Shown: positions 1-13,272 of the stretch, piece after piece | How positions within the stretch are numbered: the first letter of the stretch is position 1 | Layout of the letters: the number at the start of each line of letters is the position of its first letter | DNA from: Nemertoderma westbladi | Lineage: Eukaryota > Animalia > Xenacoelomorpha | DNA: 42,580 bases | NCBI GenBank assembly: GCA_032718475.1 | Contig: JAUCBJ010007521.1 | Location: 1-42,580 of the forward strand | Direction of reading: 5' to 3' | The notes under the pieces: model-generated | Told to the model about the DNA's origin: nothing | Seen by the model: the letters and a program-made list of their open reading frames with translations, nothing else | The model's database searches: none | Made by a program: the position numbers and the translations under genes

Positions 1-224
1 CACTTGTAAAATAAAGGCTTATGATTGGACGGATGAGTAGCGTTGGGTGACTAATAACGCCTCTAGCGGAAGATGCGGGAACTTGAGAAGTTGCCATGGT
101 TACGGATTAAATGCTGACATCTGATTGGTTGAAATAATAACGACCACCGCAAAAGGTTGAAATAGTGGCTTCTGATTGGACAGAGTACCAGAAATGGATG
201 GTAATGATGGGCTACGGGTGACCA

Positions 225-1588
225 TTATCCAGTGTCATAGTATTGTATACTACTATCAGTATCCAATTTAACACCAGTTATTATCACAGGTATTCTATCA
301 ATTTTGCCAGTAAAACCCTTTCCGAGGTTTGGGAGAATTTTCCCGTCCCAGTGAACTATACAGGGATCTGGACATCGATCTTTAAATGTTTCCACAATTC
401 TAGATGCATTCTCTATACGATTCTTCACCCGGTGTCTGTATACAGTTGAATGGGAAGCCGATTTAAAATTCGAGACATCTCAGCTTAAGCTTTTGGAAAC
501 AGTTGCACTTAGTGTCCATAACTGGCGAGTACTTATTGCATGTCTATCTGCCAAGCTGTATACTTCCGGAGACAGAAACTTCGACTTCTTTGGAGCATCA
601 GAATCAGGCGTTTTTGAAACTGTCTTAGCGATGTAATCGCTGGCAATGAAGTCAGGATCATCTTCATCAGTCTGAGAACTCTCGCAAGATGAACTTGTTG
701 CAATGTCTTCATTAATACTACATATCACCTCACCTTCGTTGCTATCATTACTTCTCGTTCGTTTCAATCTACGTTGTCTCTGTAAATCGCGAAAAACATC
801 CTCCCAATCGATGCCAGACGATCCTAACACCATTTTTCCTTTCCTGACTCCTCTTTGATCCAACAGAAAATTCCTAAATATGTATAATAAGCAAAAATAA
901 GGACGGTGTATTACTTACACAATAATATAATGCGTGTTGTATATTAAATTGATATATATATATATGTTATGTTATGTTCATGATGTTACATGAATAATGA
1001 TAATTATGAATTTTATACCAAAAAGAGTTTTTAAAAGGTATATAAATCTATAAGTTTATGCGTTTCTATTAAATGGTAGCTATTGCTGGTCATTAATATA
1101 ACTCAATTCAGATATGATTTCAGTCCAACCAAACACCAACAAATACTGCTTAATACTTACTTGTCTTCTTCAATCTTGATAAGTTTCAACGCATTTGTTT
1201 TAGCAACATCGAATAACAAAGACATTTTTGTTTGAAATTCAACCAGTTTGTCCTTGGTAGATGCTGAAGGGTCACGGCGAGACACAGTCTTCTTTAGTTT
1301 GTTATATTCGTCATATAACTTGGTCAGCACTCTAACAATATTCTTGTGATCTTGAACTGGTATTTTGGCATTATTCCAAACAATGATGGTGTTGGTAGCC
1401 GTGGCTGCTATTCCATTTGATAGGTATCCTTTGGACTTACCACCAGGGCCTTCTTTTTGTCTTAAAAACAGTACGGATTTCAGTACTTCAGCATTAGTTG
1501 GCAGTTGTCTTGTCTTTGCTGGATTGAAATCGGTACAGGACCCAAGTAACCATTCTGTTACATCAGATCGCAAATGCAATGCTGACAT
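225..1588 (-). pseudogene. Decayed DNA-transposon transposase, hAT superfamily (hATm-like), N-terminal part only
   Basis: Exon 1588-1161, GT-AG intron 1160-874 (AA|GTAAGT...TATTTAG|G) giving ...IEEDKNFLLDQRG...; in-frame TGA at 482-480; same frame continues to IVHWDGKILP...IDRIPVIITG (first catalytic Asp region), then similarity is lost. Confidence 0.65.
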
Positions 1589-2876
1589 TGTCCAGTATTA
1601 TAGTATTAATCTTTGTATTATACTGTTATATTAATAAATTATTATTTATATTAATAAGTGTACCGGTATATGATGTTTGAGGGGTGGAGTAGGCCTACTA
1701 AATACAGCAGTAGAACTACAATATTGCTGTGGAGGTTGCTTATTTCAGTACCTGCAGTAGGTATAGACAAGGAACATAAATTCAGCAATTAGGAAATGAA
1801 CGAATACAGTGTCTGTGTAATGTGCCAGTTCATGTCAGTGTATGCATGGCCTTCGGAGTGGCTGGGTTGAGCAAATCTTGACAAAGACTGAATTTTGACT
1901 TAAATTTCGCATGCTCTCTATCTAATTTGATCATTATTTTTCAAATGAGCTCAAATTTCGATTCATTGCTCTTCCTGATGTGATTTACCTAAAATTACAA
2001 CCATCGCGTAGCCATATTATCCCATCGCTCGAAATGTCAATCTTCAAGAGGCTTGCTCTATCTGAAAAATTAAGTTTGAGACCTACTTGTAATGATTTTT
2101 TTTGCTCAAATAGGTGTAATGCACCAAACTAGCCTTGAGGAAATAGAAAATTCCAAGATTTTTTTTTCGTCTATAGGAAGTGAAACACTCTGGCGTAGGG
2201 CCTACTGAATACTGCACTGCTAGTGTGCTAAGACATTTCACATTTTTTTAGGCCTACTGATTTACTACTGGTCGGGTTGGTACTGTTTTACTTGTCAGCA
2301 GGAGTGGAAATACCTAGGTTTTTTTATGAAAAAAAATAGGTTTTGGTTTTTTACATAGGTTTAAAAAAAAACCTTTAGGTTTTAGAGGTTTTTTTTATTA
2401 AATAGATTTACCTTGTATTAAATCCTGAATAACACATGCTGTTACGCCAGCGCCAGCCAATAGTATCTAATCTACATCATTGTCCAGAATAGGGTGTTTC
2501 CCTTCACTTCTATGGGGCTTTCTATTATTCCTACCTGTCCCAAATACGTTGTGTAATGATTTCCAACTTGTCCAATATAGGGGCATCCAATCAAATCATA
2601 TGAGCCAACTCCTCGTCATCGGACCAATACCAACATTCCTAAAGTTAGGCATCTCCCTTATTGGCTATATAATGTATAATGGAAAATTCCACTGATATAT
2701 AAACCAAGTGTCAACTACGAATCCGGGGCTCATTATAACAACCTATATTGGACAGAGCAATGTATTTGGGACAAGAGCTGGTTGAGGTATATGTACAGTG
2801 GAAATTCCCATTCTAAATAAGGGCATTTGGAATACTTGTTCCCTAGTTATGGTTAAAGATATACTGTGGGTGCCTT

Positions 2877-3140
2877 TGCAGGACATTGCTTTCGCCGTGA
2901 GGACCAGCCAGTGCATAATCTTGTACTTTGGCAGCCTCATGGAGTGAATAAGCATGGTGGACAGCCCATGACTTTCTTGAGACGCATCTTAAAGGACACT
3001 GGCCTTAAAGATGCGGATGATCTAGCAAATGTCATGGGTGATAGGGAGTTGTGGCGGTGCAATTTTGTTGACAAGCCGGCACAGCATTCTTAAAAATGCA
3101 GCTGCAATGCAGCATGCCGATCCTAGTAGTAGTAGTAGTA
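2877..3140 (+). mobile_element. 5'-truncated non-LTR retrotransposon (RTE-like) 3' end
   Basis: Encodes AGHCFRR...LVLWQP...ILKDTGL...MGDRELWR (RTE-type ORF C-terminus), a (TAG)n tail at about 3124-3140 and an 11-bp TSD GTGGGTGCCTT (2866-2876, 3141-3151). The empty site is seen in the opposite arm at about 9530-9555. Confidence 0.85.
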
Positions 3141-3220
3141 GTGGGTGCCTTGCAAATGGCCTGTAAGACTGTGATGCATTACAGGCTATAGTGTCATCAT
3201 AGTCACGTTATTTAATTTCA

Positions 3221-3310
3221 TGTTGTGCAATTTATTCATATTGTGCAATTTATTCATGTTATGCAATTTATTCATGTTGTGCAATTTATTCATGTGGTGC
3301 AATTTATTCA
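3221..3310. repeat. 18-bp minisatellite x5 (TGTTGTGCAATTTATTCA) in the foldback arm
   Basis: Five consecutive units; mirrored in reverse complement at about 9378-9472. Confidence 0.9.
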
Positions 3311-3436
3311 CTTATAATAAATCTAAATACATTCGTATAATAATAATTAAATGACAATCAAATTAGTGATATCGCAACCTCCTCCCCCAGACTCAACTTC
3401 ATCCCAAATAGTCCTTAATAAGTCTTAAATTTGACT

Positions 3437-5152
3437 CAAATAGGTTGCCAGTGTCCCATATAGGGTGTTTGTGTCCCATATAGGTTGATTTTGTCCAAAA
3501 TAGCCTGTAGCTTTATCAAAATTATTTCAAATAGTTTATAAATGTAAAGGAATACTGAGAAGAATATCGACTTCATAATCATAGCTTTAATTCCAATTTT
3601 TCCCAAATAGGTTGTTTTTGTCCCATATAGGGTGTTTGTGTCCTGTATAGGGTGTGAATTGCTATAATGATTACAAACGTTTTGTAAATGAAATGGAATA
3701 TTCAAAATAATATAGAATTCAATATCAGCTTTCATTTAAATTTGTCCCAAATAGGTTGCTTATGTCCCATATAGGGTGTTTGTGTCCCATATAGGATGTT
3801 TGTGTGCCAAATAGCGTATGACTTTCTCAAAATGATTTTACATAGTTTATAAATATAATGGAATAATAAAAAGAATATTTTTTCCTTTATAAACTATGTG
3901 AATCATTTTGAGAACGTCACACGCTATTTGGGACACAAACGCCCTATACGGGACACAAAAACCCTATATGGGACATAAACAACCTATTTGTGACAAATTT
4001 AAATTAAAGCTATGGTAGTGAATTCTATATTCTTTTTTGAGTATTCCATGAGATTTAGAAACGAATTAAAATCATTTTGAGAAAGTCACACGCTATTTGG
4101 GATGCTAACACCCTATATGGGGCACAAACAACCTATTTGGGACAACTTTAAATGAAAGCTATTATAGTGAATTCTATATTATTTTGAGTATTCCATTACA
4201 TTTAGAAAATATTTGAAATCATTATAAGCAATTCACACCCTATATGGGACACAAACACCCTATATGGGACAAAAACAACCTATTTGGGACAAATTGAAAT
4301 TAAAGCTATGGTAGTGAATTCTATATTCTTTTGAGTATTCCATGAGATTTAGAAACTAATTAAAATCATTTTGAGAAAGTCACGCTATTTGGGATACTAA
4401 CACCCTATATTGGACAGAAACAACCTATTTGGGACAAATTTAAATGAAAGCTATGATAGTGAATTCTATATTCTTTTGAATATTCCATTACATTTCGAAA
4501 CTATTTGAAATCATTATAAGCACTTCACACCCTATACGGGACACAAACACCCTATATGGGACACAAACAACCTATTTGGGAAAAATTTAAATTAAAGCTA
4601 TGATAGTGGATTCTATTTTCTTTTGAGTATTTCCATTATATTTATAACTATGTAAAATCATTTTGAGAAAGTCATACGCTATTTGGCACACAAACACCCT
4701 ATATGGGACAAAAACAACCTATTTGAGACAAATTGAAATTAAAGCTATGGTAGTGAATTCTATTTTCTTTTGAGTATTTCCATTATATTTATAAACTATG
4801 TAAAATCATTTTGAGAAAGTCATACGCTATTTGGCACACCAACACCCTATATTGGACAAAAGCAACCTATTTGGGACAAATTTAAATGAAAGCTATGATA
4901 GTGAATTCTATATTCTTTTGAGTATTCCATTACATTTAGAAAATATTTGAAATCATTATAAGCAATTCACACCCTATACGGGACACAAACACCCTATATG
5001 GGACAAAAACAACCTATTTGGGACAAATTGAAATTAAAGTTATGGTTGTGAATTCTATATTCTTTTGAGTATTCCATGATATTTAGAAACTATTTAAAAT
5101 CATTTTGAGAAAGTCATACGCTATTTGGGACACAAACACCCTCCCTATATGG
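3437..5152. repeat. Satellite array (about 147-bp monomer with 20-bp subrepeats), left arm, orientation switch near 3870
   Basis: GAATTC-like landmarks at 4020, 4169, 4316, 4461, 4608, 4755, 4903, 5050; subrepeat ACAAACACCCTATATGGGAC. Confidence 0.95.
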
Positions 5153-6124
5153 GTGTTTGTGGTATTGCTGGAGTTTTAGTAAGAATAGTGTAGATATTTG
5201 CAGAATTAATGATGTTTAACAAAGTTCTGCAAAGATCTTAATAGTTCTCAATCAATAATTAAGCAAACTTTGAAGCATTCTTCTGTTTGCACTGTGGATT
5301 GTTACTATGGGGATAGGGCAGTGGGGGATATAGAACCTACATATCCTACTGTACAACTATGTAACACCTACACACCTAACATTTCTTATTATCCCTATCT
5401 GTATATCTATTGTGTGGTAATGGTATTATATTTAAGCAGAACAAATTTCAATTTGATTTTAAGTTAAACCAATTTAACTTTGCATTAATATCAATAAATT
5501 TATATTACATTCATATAAATTAATATTATAATTACTCTACTTGGCCACCATATTAGATAATTCATATTGATGTAGATTTATAAATTTCTTTGTTTATATA
5601 CCTATTAATTGATAATTTATAATTAATTATTGATTGATAATTTCTAACTTGATATTATCATGATATGATCATGATAAGATCTGAAAAGATCTTCGTATGA
5701 TATGAAATGTTATGTAAAACGCTGTGAAAGAGAGTACTCTGGTCAGTCAAATACGGCACAAAAATAACTATAATTGGCCTCTGCCTCTGGTGTTTTAAAA
5801 TTTGGGCAGCCTCATTATCTGGCCTGATCTTATCCTGATCATAGTCTGATCGTAGCAGATATAATAGCCATGTTGTTAATTTCCAAGACAATAATTATAA
5901 TGTTTAATGTAAAAATGGTTTTGATATTTAACAAATTGCAACCATACATTCAATAAATAAATATTTTTTCAATATTTTTTATATCTAAATTCTTAAAAGA
6001 TTTTGTCATGATCATTCTATGATCATAGCAGATTTACAATGTATTATGATCAGTGCAGATGAGTCAAGCACATAGCATGATCCGTATAGATCTTGGCAGA
6101 TTCGTAAAGTCGCTAGTATAGGGA

Positions 6125-9100
6125 AAGCATTAATTTCAATTTGTCCCAAATAGGTTGTTTATGTCCCATATAGGGTTTTTGTGTCCCATATAGGGCGTTT
6201 GTGTCCCAAATAGTGTGTGACGTTCTCAAAATGATTTCATATAGTTTATAAATGAAAAAATATTCTTTTTATATTCCATTATATTTATAAACTATGTAAA
6301 ATCATTTTGAGAAAGTCATACGCTATTTGGCACACAAACATCCTATATGGGACACAAACACCCTATATGGGACATAAATAACCTATTTGGGACAAATTGA
6401 AATTAAAGCTATGGTAGTGAATTCTATATTCTTTGGAGTATTCCATGAGATTTAGAAACTATTTGAAATCATTATAAGCACTTCACACCCTATATGGGAC
6501 ACAACAACACCCTTTATGGGACATAAACAACCTATTTGGGACAAATTGAAATTAAAGCTATGGTAGTGAATTCTATATTCTTTTGAGTATTTCCATTATA
6601 TTTATAAACTATGCAAAATCATTTTGAGAAAGTCATACGCTATTTGGCACACAAACACTCTATATGGGACACAAACACCCTATTTGGGACAAATTTAAAT
6701 TAAAGCTATGATAATGAATTCTATATTCTTTTGAGTATTCCATTACATTTAGAAAATATTTGAAATCATTATAAGCAATTCACACCCTATACAGGACACA
6801 AACACCCTATATGGGACAAAAACAACCTATTTGGGACAAATTGAAATTAAAGCTATGGTAGTGAATTATATTTTCTTTTGAGTATTTCCATTATATTTAT
6901 AAACTATGTAAAGTCATTTTGAGAAAGTCATACGCTATTTGGCACACAAATACCCTATAGGGGACAAAAACAACCTATTTGGGACAAATTTAAATTAAAG
7001 CTATGATAGTGAATTCTATATTCTTTTGAGTATTCCATTACATTTAGAAAATATTTGAAATCATTATAAGCAATTCACACCCTATACGGGACACAAACAC
7101 CCTATATGGGACAAAAACAACCTATTTGGGACAAATTGAAATTAAAGCTATGGTAGTGAATTCTATATTCTTTTCAGTATTCCATGATATTTAGAAACTA
7201 TTTAAAATCATTTTGAGAAAGTCACACGCTATTTGGGACACAAACATCCTATATGGGACACAAACACCCTATATGGGACATAAACAACCTATTTGGGACA
7301 AATTTAAATGAAAGCTATGATAGTGAATTCTATATTTTTTTGAGTATTCCATTACATTTCGAAACTATTTGAAATCATTATAAGCACTTCACACCCTATA
7401 CGGAACACAAACACCCTATATGGGACACAAACAACCTATTTGGGACAAATTTAAATTAAAGATATGATAGTGGATTCTATTTTCTTTTGCTTATTTCCAT
7501 TATATTTATAAACTATGTAAAATCATTTTGAGAAAGTCATACGCTATTTGGCACACAAACACCCTATATGGGACACAAACACCCTATTTGGGACAAATTT
7601 AAATTAAAGCTATGATATTGAATTCTATGTTCTTTTGAGTATTCCATTACATTTAGAAAAAGTTTTGAAATCATTATAAGCAATTCACACCCTATACAGG
7701 ATACAAACACCCTATATGGGACAAAAACAACCTATTTGGGACAAATTGAAATTAAAGCTATGGTAGTGAATTCTATTTTCTTTTGAGTATTTCCATTATA
7801 TTTATAAACTATGTAAAGTCATTTTGAGAAAGTCATACGCTATTTGGCACACAAACACCCTATAGGGGACAAAAACAACCTATTTGGGACAAATTTAAAT
7901 TAAAGCTATGATAGTGAATTCTATATTCTTTTGAGTATTCCATTACATTTAGAAAATATTTGAAATCATTATAAGCAATTCACACCCTATACGGGACACA
8001 ATCACCCTATATGGGACAAAAACAACCTATTTGGGACAAATTGAAATTAAAGCTATGGTAGTGAATTATATATTCTTTTCAGTATTCCATGATATTTAGA
8101 AACTATTTAAAATCATTTTGAGAAAGTCACACGCTATTTGGGACACAAACACCCTATATGGGACACAAACACCCTATATGGGACATAAACAACCTATTTG
8201 GGACAAATTTAAATGAAGGCTATGATAGTGAATTCTATATTCTTTTGAGTATTCCATTACATTTCGAAACTATTTGAAATCATTATAAGCACTTCACACC
8301 CTATACGGAACACAAACACCCTATATGGGACACAAACAACCTATTTGGGACAAATTGAAATTAAAGCTATGGTAGTGAATTCTATATTCTTTTCAGTATT
8401 CCATGATATTTAGAAACTATTTAAAATCATTTTGAGAAAGTCACACGCTATTTGGGACACAAACACCCTATATGGGACACAAACACCCTATATGAGACAT
8501 AAACAACCTATTTGGGATAAATTTAAATGAAAGCTATGATAGTGAATTCTATATTCTTTTGAGTATTCCAGTACATTTCGAAACTATTTGAAATCATTAT
8601 AAGCACTTCACACCCTATTCGGAACACAAACAACCTATATGGGACACAAACAACCTATTTGGGACAAATTTAAAATAAAGCTATGATAGTGGATTCTATT
8701 TTCTTTTGAGTATTTCCATTATATTTATAAACTATGTAAAATCATTTTGAGAAAGTCATACGCTATTTGGCACACAAACACCCTTTATGGGACACAAACA
8801 CCCTATTTGGGACAAATTTAAATTAAAGCTATGATATTGAATTCTATGTTCTTTTGAGTATTCCATTACATTTAGAAAATATTTGAAATCATTATAAGCA
8901 ATTCACACCCTATACAGGACACAAACACCCTATATGGGACAAAAACAACCTATTTGGGACAAATTGAAATTAAAGCTATGGTAGTGAATTCTATTTTCTT
9001 TTGAGTATTTCCATTATATTTATAAACTATGTAAAATCATTTTGAGAAAGTCATACGCTATTTGGCACACAAACACCCTATATGGGACAAAAACAACCTA

Positions 9101-9251
9101 TTTGGGACAAATTTAAATTAAAGCTATGATAGTGAATTCTATATTCTTTTGAGTATTCCATTACATTTAGAAAATATTTGAAATCATTATAAGCAATTCA
9201 CACCCTATACGGGATACAAACACCCTATATGGGACACAAACAGCCTATTTG
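6125..9251. repeat. Satellite array (147/148- and 167-bp monomers), right arm, orientation switch near 6260
   Basis: Landmarks at 6419, 6568, 6716, 6863, 7011, 7158, 7325 ... 9134; same monomer as the left array. Confidence 0.95.
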
Positions 9252-10012
9252 AGTCAAATTTAAGACTTATTAAGGACTATTTGGGATGAAGTTGAGTCTG
9301 GGGGAGGAGGTTGCGATATCACTAATTTGATTGTCATTTAATTATTATTATACAAATGTATTTAGATTTATTATAAGTGAATAAATTATTGCACCACATG
9401 AATAAATTGCAGAGTGAATAAATTGCACAACATGAATAAATTACACAATATGAATAAATTGCACAACATGAAATGAAATAACGTGACTATGATGACACTA
9501 TAGCCTATAATGCATCACAGTCTTACAGGCCATTTGCAAGGCACCCGCAGTATATCTTTAACCATAACTAGGGAACATGTATTCCAAATGCCCTTATTTA
9601 GAATGGGAATTTCCACTGTACATATACCTCCAACCAGCTCTTGTCCCAAATACGTTGCTCTGTCCAGTATAGGTTGCTATAATGAGCCCCGGATTCGTAG
9701 CTGTCACTTGGATTCTATATCAGTGGAATTTTCCATTAACCTTTACATTATATAGCCAATAAGGGAGATGCCTAACTTTAGGAATGTTGGTATTAGACCG
9801 ATGATGAGGAGTTGGCTCATATGATGATTTGATTGGATGCCCCTATATTGGACAGGTTGGAAATCATTACACAACGTATTTGGGACAGGTATGAATAATA
9901 GAAAGCCCCATAGAAGTGAAGGGAAACACCCTATTCTGGACAATAATGTAGAGACTACTCGCGCCAGCACATCTCAATGTAAAAATTATATAAAGATTCT
10001 TAAAGGGTACTG

Positions 10013-10277
10013 TACTACGACTAGTTACTACTATAATCGGCCTGCCTGCTGAATTGAAACTGCACATTGAGATGCTATGACAGATTAACAAAAATATTTG
10101 CTACCACCATGCAATCCCCAATTGAGGTATATGCCCAATGCAGCGTGCATTAAGAAATGTATGCAGGCATATCAAGAAAGTTGCATCTAGCCAACTCCCT
10201 ATCCACAATGACTTTACCGAGATTATCCGCATCTTCAAGGCCAGTGTCCTTTAGGAGGTGTCTCACGAAAGTCATGG
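10013..10277 (-). mobile_element. Older diverged RTE-like LINE 3' fragment
   Basis: Reverse complement of 10135-10277 aligns with 2965-3110 (MTFVRHLLKDTGLEDADNLGKVIVDRE); possible degenerate (TAG)n tail at about 10013-10033. Confidence 0.7.
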
Positions 10278-10778
10278 TCATTAAGTTTCCGATGAATTAT
10301 GTGTGACTTCCAATTACTGGAAATGTTAAAATGCCTAGGCAATTATATGTACGCATTTAATAGGTAATTGTCTATTATTTAGCAAATACATAAGAACAAA
10401 CCCTGAATTTTTTACGTTTTGTTATAAGAATGATATTGCATATTGGTCTATTTATCGTGTATATCGTAGTACTGTAGTAGTAATAATATATCCACTGCCA
10501 AGGCACTGGTCTGCTGGTACAATAACTTGAATTTGCATAAGCTGATGATAGGCACTATGCCTACTGTATGTACAGTAGCTGCACTAATAGTTGTAGGGCA
10601 GGTCTATGTTGTACAGTACTTTCGCTCAATTTACTGTAATATAAACTGACAAATTCACAGTTATTATGACAATATGCATGCACACGTCGCAGTCAAAGAA
10701 TGTTTCACAAACGGCAGTGACAGGGTATCATTGCTAGACAAAATGTACTAAATTTAAATAATGGTACAGTACTGTATT

Positions 10779-11156
10779 CAGCAACTTGTTGCTGGACCCC
10801 CTCACACACAGAAACAAGTTTCGGAAACAAGTTGCAGCAACTTGTTGCTGAACACCTCACATACAGAAACAAGTTTCGGAAACAAGTTGCAGCAACAAGT
10901 TTCTGTGTGTGAGGCCCCACTCACACGAAGCAACTTGTTTCTGCAACTTGTTGCTGGACTCCTCACACACAGAAACTTGTTGCTGGACCCCCTCACACAC
11001 AGAAACGTGTTGCTTTGTTGCTGCAACTTGTTTCCGATACTTGTTTCTGTATGTGAGGAGTCCAGCAACAAGTTGCTGCAACTTGTTTCCGAAACTTACT
11101 TCTGTATGTGAGGAGTCCAGCAACTTATTGTGGACTCCTCACTCACAGAAACAAGT
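10779..11156. repeat. Cluster of direct and inverted copies of short motifs (CAGCAACTTGTTGCTG, CCTCACACACAGAAACAAGTT), probable MITE-like foldback remnant
   Basis: Motifs recur in both orientations and generate the overlapping spurious ORFs at 10705-11169. Confidence 0.7.
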
Positions 11157-12029
11157 ATATTCCCAGTAACTTAATCCAATTTTAGGGGGTCGGAGCAATC
11201 TAGATATTATGAGAACCGCCTTTATCTGCAGATTCCAAATCTGAAAACCGTTTTAAATTTCACCAAAAATTGCCAAAGATATTATCAAAATACTAAGGTA
11301 TAAATTTTGAGACGTAAATCGCTATAATTCTAATGTTTTGTTTACTCCAATTCTAAAATATTAATTACGCTAATAAATAAACAAGATGGAGAGTTTTATA
11401 GGTTCAACTAAAAAGTAGTTAATATTCTGGAACTGTCCTGTAGTAGCGCAGCATTTGAATTGATCTTGTGTTATTCCATTTATAGTCTTCCATTTAGAAA
11501 CTGAATTAATAATTAATAATTTACCTAAATTAAAATAAAAACAAATGTAAACATACTTTTATTGACAGAAAAATAGAGTAAAAAATAAACGCAGATGAAC
11601 GCATAATGTATAAAATACATAATGTATAAAATAAACGCATATGCGGGCAAGAATGTTCTAGAATAAACAGAAAAAACATTAGAATTAGAGCGATTTAATA
11701 AAACACATTTTTGGAAATTTAATAATTTTCACATTTTAGTGGAGATTTTTCACGTACAAAAAATTGGATTGTTGTATTGATTTTAGGTGCATAATTCAGA
11801 TTTTTTGGAGCATTTTATTTTTGTCATCATTATACCCAAAGGCACTTTTGTTAAATTGTTGACACTTTGTCATAATTTCACAATTTTATCTCGTTATGTT
11901 AAGCTATCTAGCTATGAAATAGTAATATCTTCCTCGATATTTTATAATTTCAATCATAATAGGCCTACCTTCATTTTAATCCAATAGCTAGCTATTTCCA
12001 GATAAAACAAATATTGCGTTTTTTGAAGT

Positions 12030-12688
12030 TAATTTAGGGCACTACTTAAGTAGGCCTATACTATAGCTTGTGTGACCATTTTTGAACATTGATTTTTTGT
12101 GTTTTTGAGTGATTTTTGGATATTGGTGAATGGTAAATCCTCTAGTAGAATGTTCTAAAGTCCTTATCTCCTTACCAAATAGTGCCTAGTGAATTATAAA
12201 ACCTTAGTTACTGTAGTAGGCCTAGATATTTATGGTAGCTCGTGATTTTATACTACTGTACGTACAGTAGCTAGTGTATTTTGAAAGTAAAAAAATTTGT
12301 ATTGTTTATTAATAGTGTTTTTTGATATTGGTGAATGTTCTAGAACCTTAGTAGATATTTTTTTATGGTAGCTAGTGTTTTTTTACTACCTAGTATTTAA
12401 AAAAACAAATTTAACAGTTATAATATCATCAATATTTTTGGTCATTATTCCGTAACAGTTTAAACCTGAAATATAAATGTTTTCGCATATAATTTATAAT
12501 TTATAATATATTCATAATTTATAATTTCAAAAAATTATAGCTAGTAAAAAAACACTACCAGCCATTAAAACATATCTACTAATGTTCTAGAACACTTACT
12601 GTACCAATAACAAAAAAAAAAAAAATTACAGTATTTTTTAAATTTAAAAAATGGTCACACAAGCTACTGTATACTAGTGCCTAAATTA
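12030..12688. mobile_element. Degenerate palindromic MITE upstream of CFAP57
   Basis: AATTTAG(G)GCACTA...AGCTTGTGTGACCATTTTT at 12031-12083 versus its reverse complement at 12647-12688; inner arms 12321-12393 versus 12541-12615; internal duplication. Confidence 0.65.
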
Positions 12689-12902
12689 GTATTAGGGCCT
12701 ACCGTTCGACTATTGTTTTTGTATAGTATCTCGTGTTTTAAAACTTGAAAGTTAACTTCAAATCAGAAGACAATGTGTAGGCCTATGGTGACTATGGCGT
12801 GTTTGAAATTTATAGCACTTTCCATTCGGTTTTAAGCTGTACTGACTGAACTATTCAGTACTATATTTACTATTTGTACTACAAATTTTCACATCTGTAA
12901 AA

Positions 12903-13102
12903 ATGTCCATTGGAGTTGCTAGCGTAAAGTACATATTTGGTTTGTCATCCGATGTTTTTAACAATGTGGCTCACGTCGATGAACAAACTGTTATCTATCC
13001 CGCTGGTGGGGCTCTCGTCATCTATAATGTAGTCCAAAGAAGTCAAAAGTTTATCAATTGCGGAGAAGGGGTATCCTGCATGGCAGTCAGCCCCGACCGG
13101 AG
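12903..13102 (+). CDS. CFAP57: Cilia- and flagella-associated protein 57 (WDR65), exon 1
   Basis: MSIGVASVKYIFGL...NNVAHVDEQTVIYPAG...QKFI...AVSPDRR matches the CFAP57 N-terminus; phase-2 donor AG|GTTAAT at 13103. Confidence 0.9.
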
Positions 13103-13272
13103 GTTAATATATATATATATGAACATATAAACATATATATATACATAATATATAAAGACGAAATGGGTACAGTACAACCTGACTGGCGAAGTATATACTG
13201 TATAATATAAAACCAAATAGAAACCAGCCTCCTATCAAAAATGAATCCTACCTTCAAATAAACACTAATTTC

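Larger units (their letters stand above)
2458..9960. mobile_element. Non-autonomous foldback-type DNA transposon (7.5 kb) with very long inverted arms containing satellite arrays
   Basis: About 2470-3435 is the reverse complement of about 9255-9950, apart from a LINE insertion in the left arm. Arms continue into satellite arrays that share the same internal inversion junction (about 3870 and 6260). An 8-bp direct repeat GCGCCAGC flanks the element at 2450-2457 and 9961-9968. Confidence 0.8.

Noticed and set aside
2458-2480. Helitron 5' TC start for the repeat arms
   Set aside because: Paired inverted arms plus an 8-bp TSD fit a TIR element better; no hairpin-CTAG 3' end was identified.
3437-9251. 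CRISPR-like regular array
   Set aside because: The intervening sequences are themselves repeated rather than unique spacers; eukaryotic context and no cas genes.
10705-11169. Five overlapping ORFs
   Set aside because: Produced by short direct and inverted repeats; no protein family signal.
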